Source of the DNA: Vicinamibacterales bacterium
Lineage (GTDB): Bacteria > Acidobacteriota > Vicinamibacteria > Vicinamibacterales > JAMQPK01
Reading direction: 5' to 3'
NCBI GenBank assembly: GCA_963825295.1
Contig: CAWGSZ010000001.1
Span: 293,298 to 357,297 of the forward strand
DNA: 64,000 nucleotides
The notes under the pieces are model-generated. The model saw only the letters and a program-made list of their open reading frames with translations. It had not been told where the DNA came from and searched no databases. A program made the translations under genes and the position numbers. Positions 63,429 through 64,000 of the stretch are shown here, piece by piece (positions within the stretch are counted from its first letter, which is position 1; each line of letters opens with the position of its first letter).

Positions 63429-63677
63429 GGAGAACCGCATACCGGCAGTCAGGTGTGCACGTATGCATCGGCGCAGTGGGCTGCATCGATTCGCGACTAC
63501 ATGGCGCTCGAGACCGTCACCGGTGAAGGCGGGTGGATGGATCAGGTGCTGACGCTCGATGGTCCCTACATCAAGGATGGCTTCATACAAGTGACGAGCA
63601 AGCCCGGACTGGGCATCGTTCTCAATCCGGACGTCGTCCGCGCCCATCTCGTGCAGGGGGAGAGTTGGTGGGGCTGA
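63429..63677 (+). pseudogene. 3' fragment of an enolase-superfamily (mandelate racemase/muconate lactonizing) gene
   Basis: The open frame starts right at the array edge: ..EPHTGSQVCTYASAQWAASIRDYMALETV..GPYIKDGFIQVTSKPGLGIVLNPDVV.. This matches only the C-terminal ~80 aa of such enzymes. No 5' part is present upstream. Confidence 0.55.
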
Positions 63678-63679
63678 AT

Positions 63680-63751
63680 CAATTGCGGATTGTTGATTGA
63701 CGATTGGCGATTGTATTGGCAATTGCCAATCGTCAATCGCCAATCGAAAAT
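63680..63751. repeat. inverted heptamer array (GATTGNC / GNCAATC) around an ATTGGCAATTGCCAAT palindrome
   Basis: CAATTGC GGATTGT TGATTGA CGATTGG CGATTGT, the centre, then TGCCAAT CGTCAAT CGCCAAT CGAAAAT. It lies between convergent stops at 63677 (+) and 63759 (-). Confidence 0.9.
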
Positions 63752-63758
63752 CCGAAAG

Positions 63759-64000
63759 TCAGACAGTTCCGCGCCGCCCGACCGCCATCCTGTAGATAAA
63801 CAAGACGATCACCGCGCCGAGGATCGACATGAAGGTCCCCGCGCCGTCGTTGGGACCGTACATTCCGAGCGCGCGGCCGACGAATCCCCCCAGAAGTGCA
63901 CCGACGATGCCGAGCAGCATGGTCACGATGAAGCCACCGGGATCGCGGCCGGGCATCAAGAGCTTGGCGACGACGCCGACGATGAGACCAAAAACAATCC
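63759..64000 (-). CDS. GlsB/YeaQ/YmgE (transglycosylase-associated) family membrane protein, 5' end beyond the window
   Basis: ..IVFGLIVGVVAKLLMPGRDPGGFIVTMLLGIVGALLGGFVG.. The frame stays open to position 64000. Confidence 0.75.
   Translation of the reverse strand, partial: IVFGLIVGVVAKLLMPGRDPGGFIVTMLLGIVGALLGGFVGRALGMYGPNDGAGTFMSILGAVIVLFIYRMAVGRRGTV

Overview
High-GC bacterial chromosomal window, densely coding on both strands, with about 55 protein genes. The gene content suggests an Acidobacteriota-like soil organism (inference). It includes a VWFA-related acidobacterial-type protein next to TolC, a CarboxypepD_reg TonB receptor, a BlaI/BlaR1 pair, an ECF sigma plus Ser/Thr kinase pair, a peptidase-TolB-Omp85 fusion and PQQ dehydrogenases. 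Recognisable modules are: arginase plus a class-III aminotransferase; a blaI-blaR1-hypothetical-B12/radical-SAM operon; a malate-synthase-family gene; a type III PKS with methyltransferase and P450; a MurQ/NagB/GlcNAc-kinase/NagA amino-sugar cluster; two PQQ alcohol-dehydrogenase loci with c-type cytochromes; cardiolipin synthase; an M23 peptidase operon; and adk. I saw no rRNA, tRNA, CRISPR, transposase or integrase. Two things stand out. (1) There are about 18 short-unit (7-, 8- or 9-nt) tandem arrays, mostly arranged as inverted arms (hairpins) that begin on or next to stop codons. Two inverted-array pairs each enclose an antisense four-helix-bundle gene (23S-rRNA-IVS protein / Avd-like family), which looks like an IVS-like cassette outside rRNA; one of them abuts a truncated gene. 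The 9-nt arrays also occur in frame inside coding sequences, for example a 24-aa GAx insertion in nagA. (2) There are roughly 17 reading-frame disruptions in 11 genes. They include three consecutive broken genes at 19973-22387 and a perfect 7-bp tandem duplication in nhaA. Most of the others are single G/C length changes that could be sequencing errors. All calls come from reading the translations and the DNA by eye; no database search was run.
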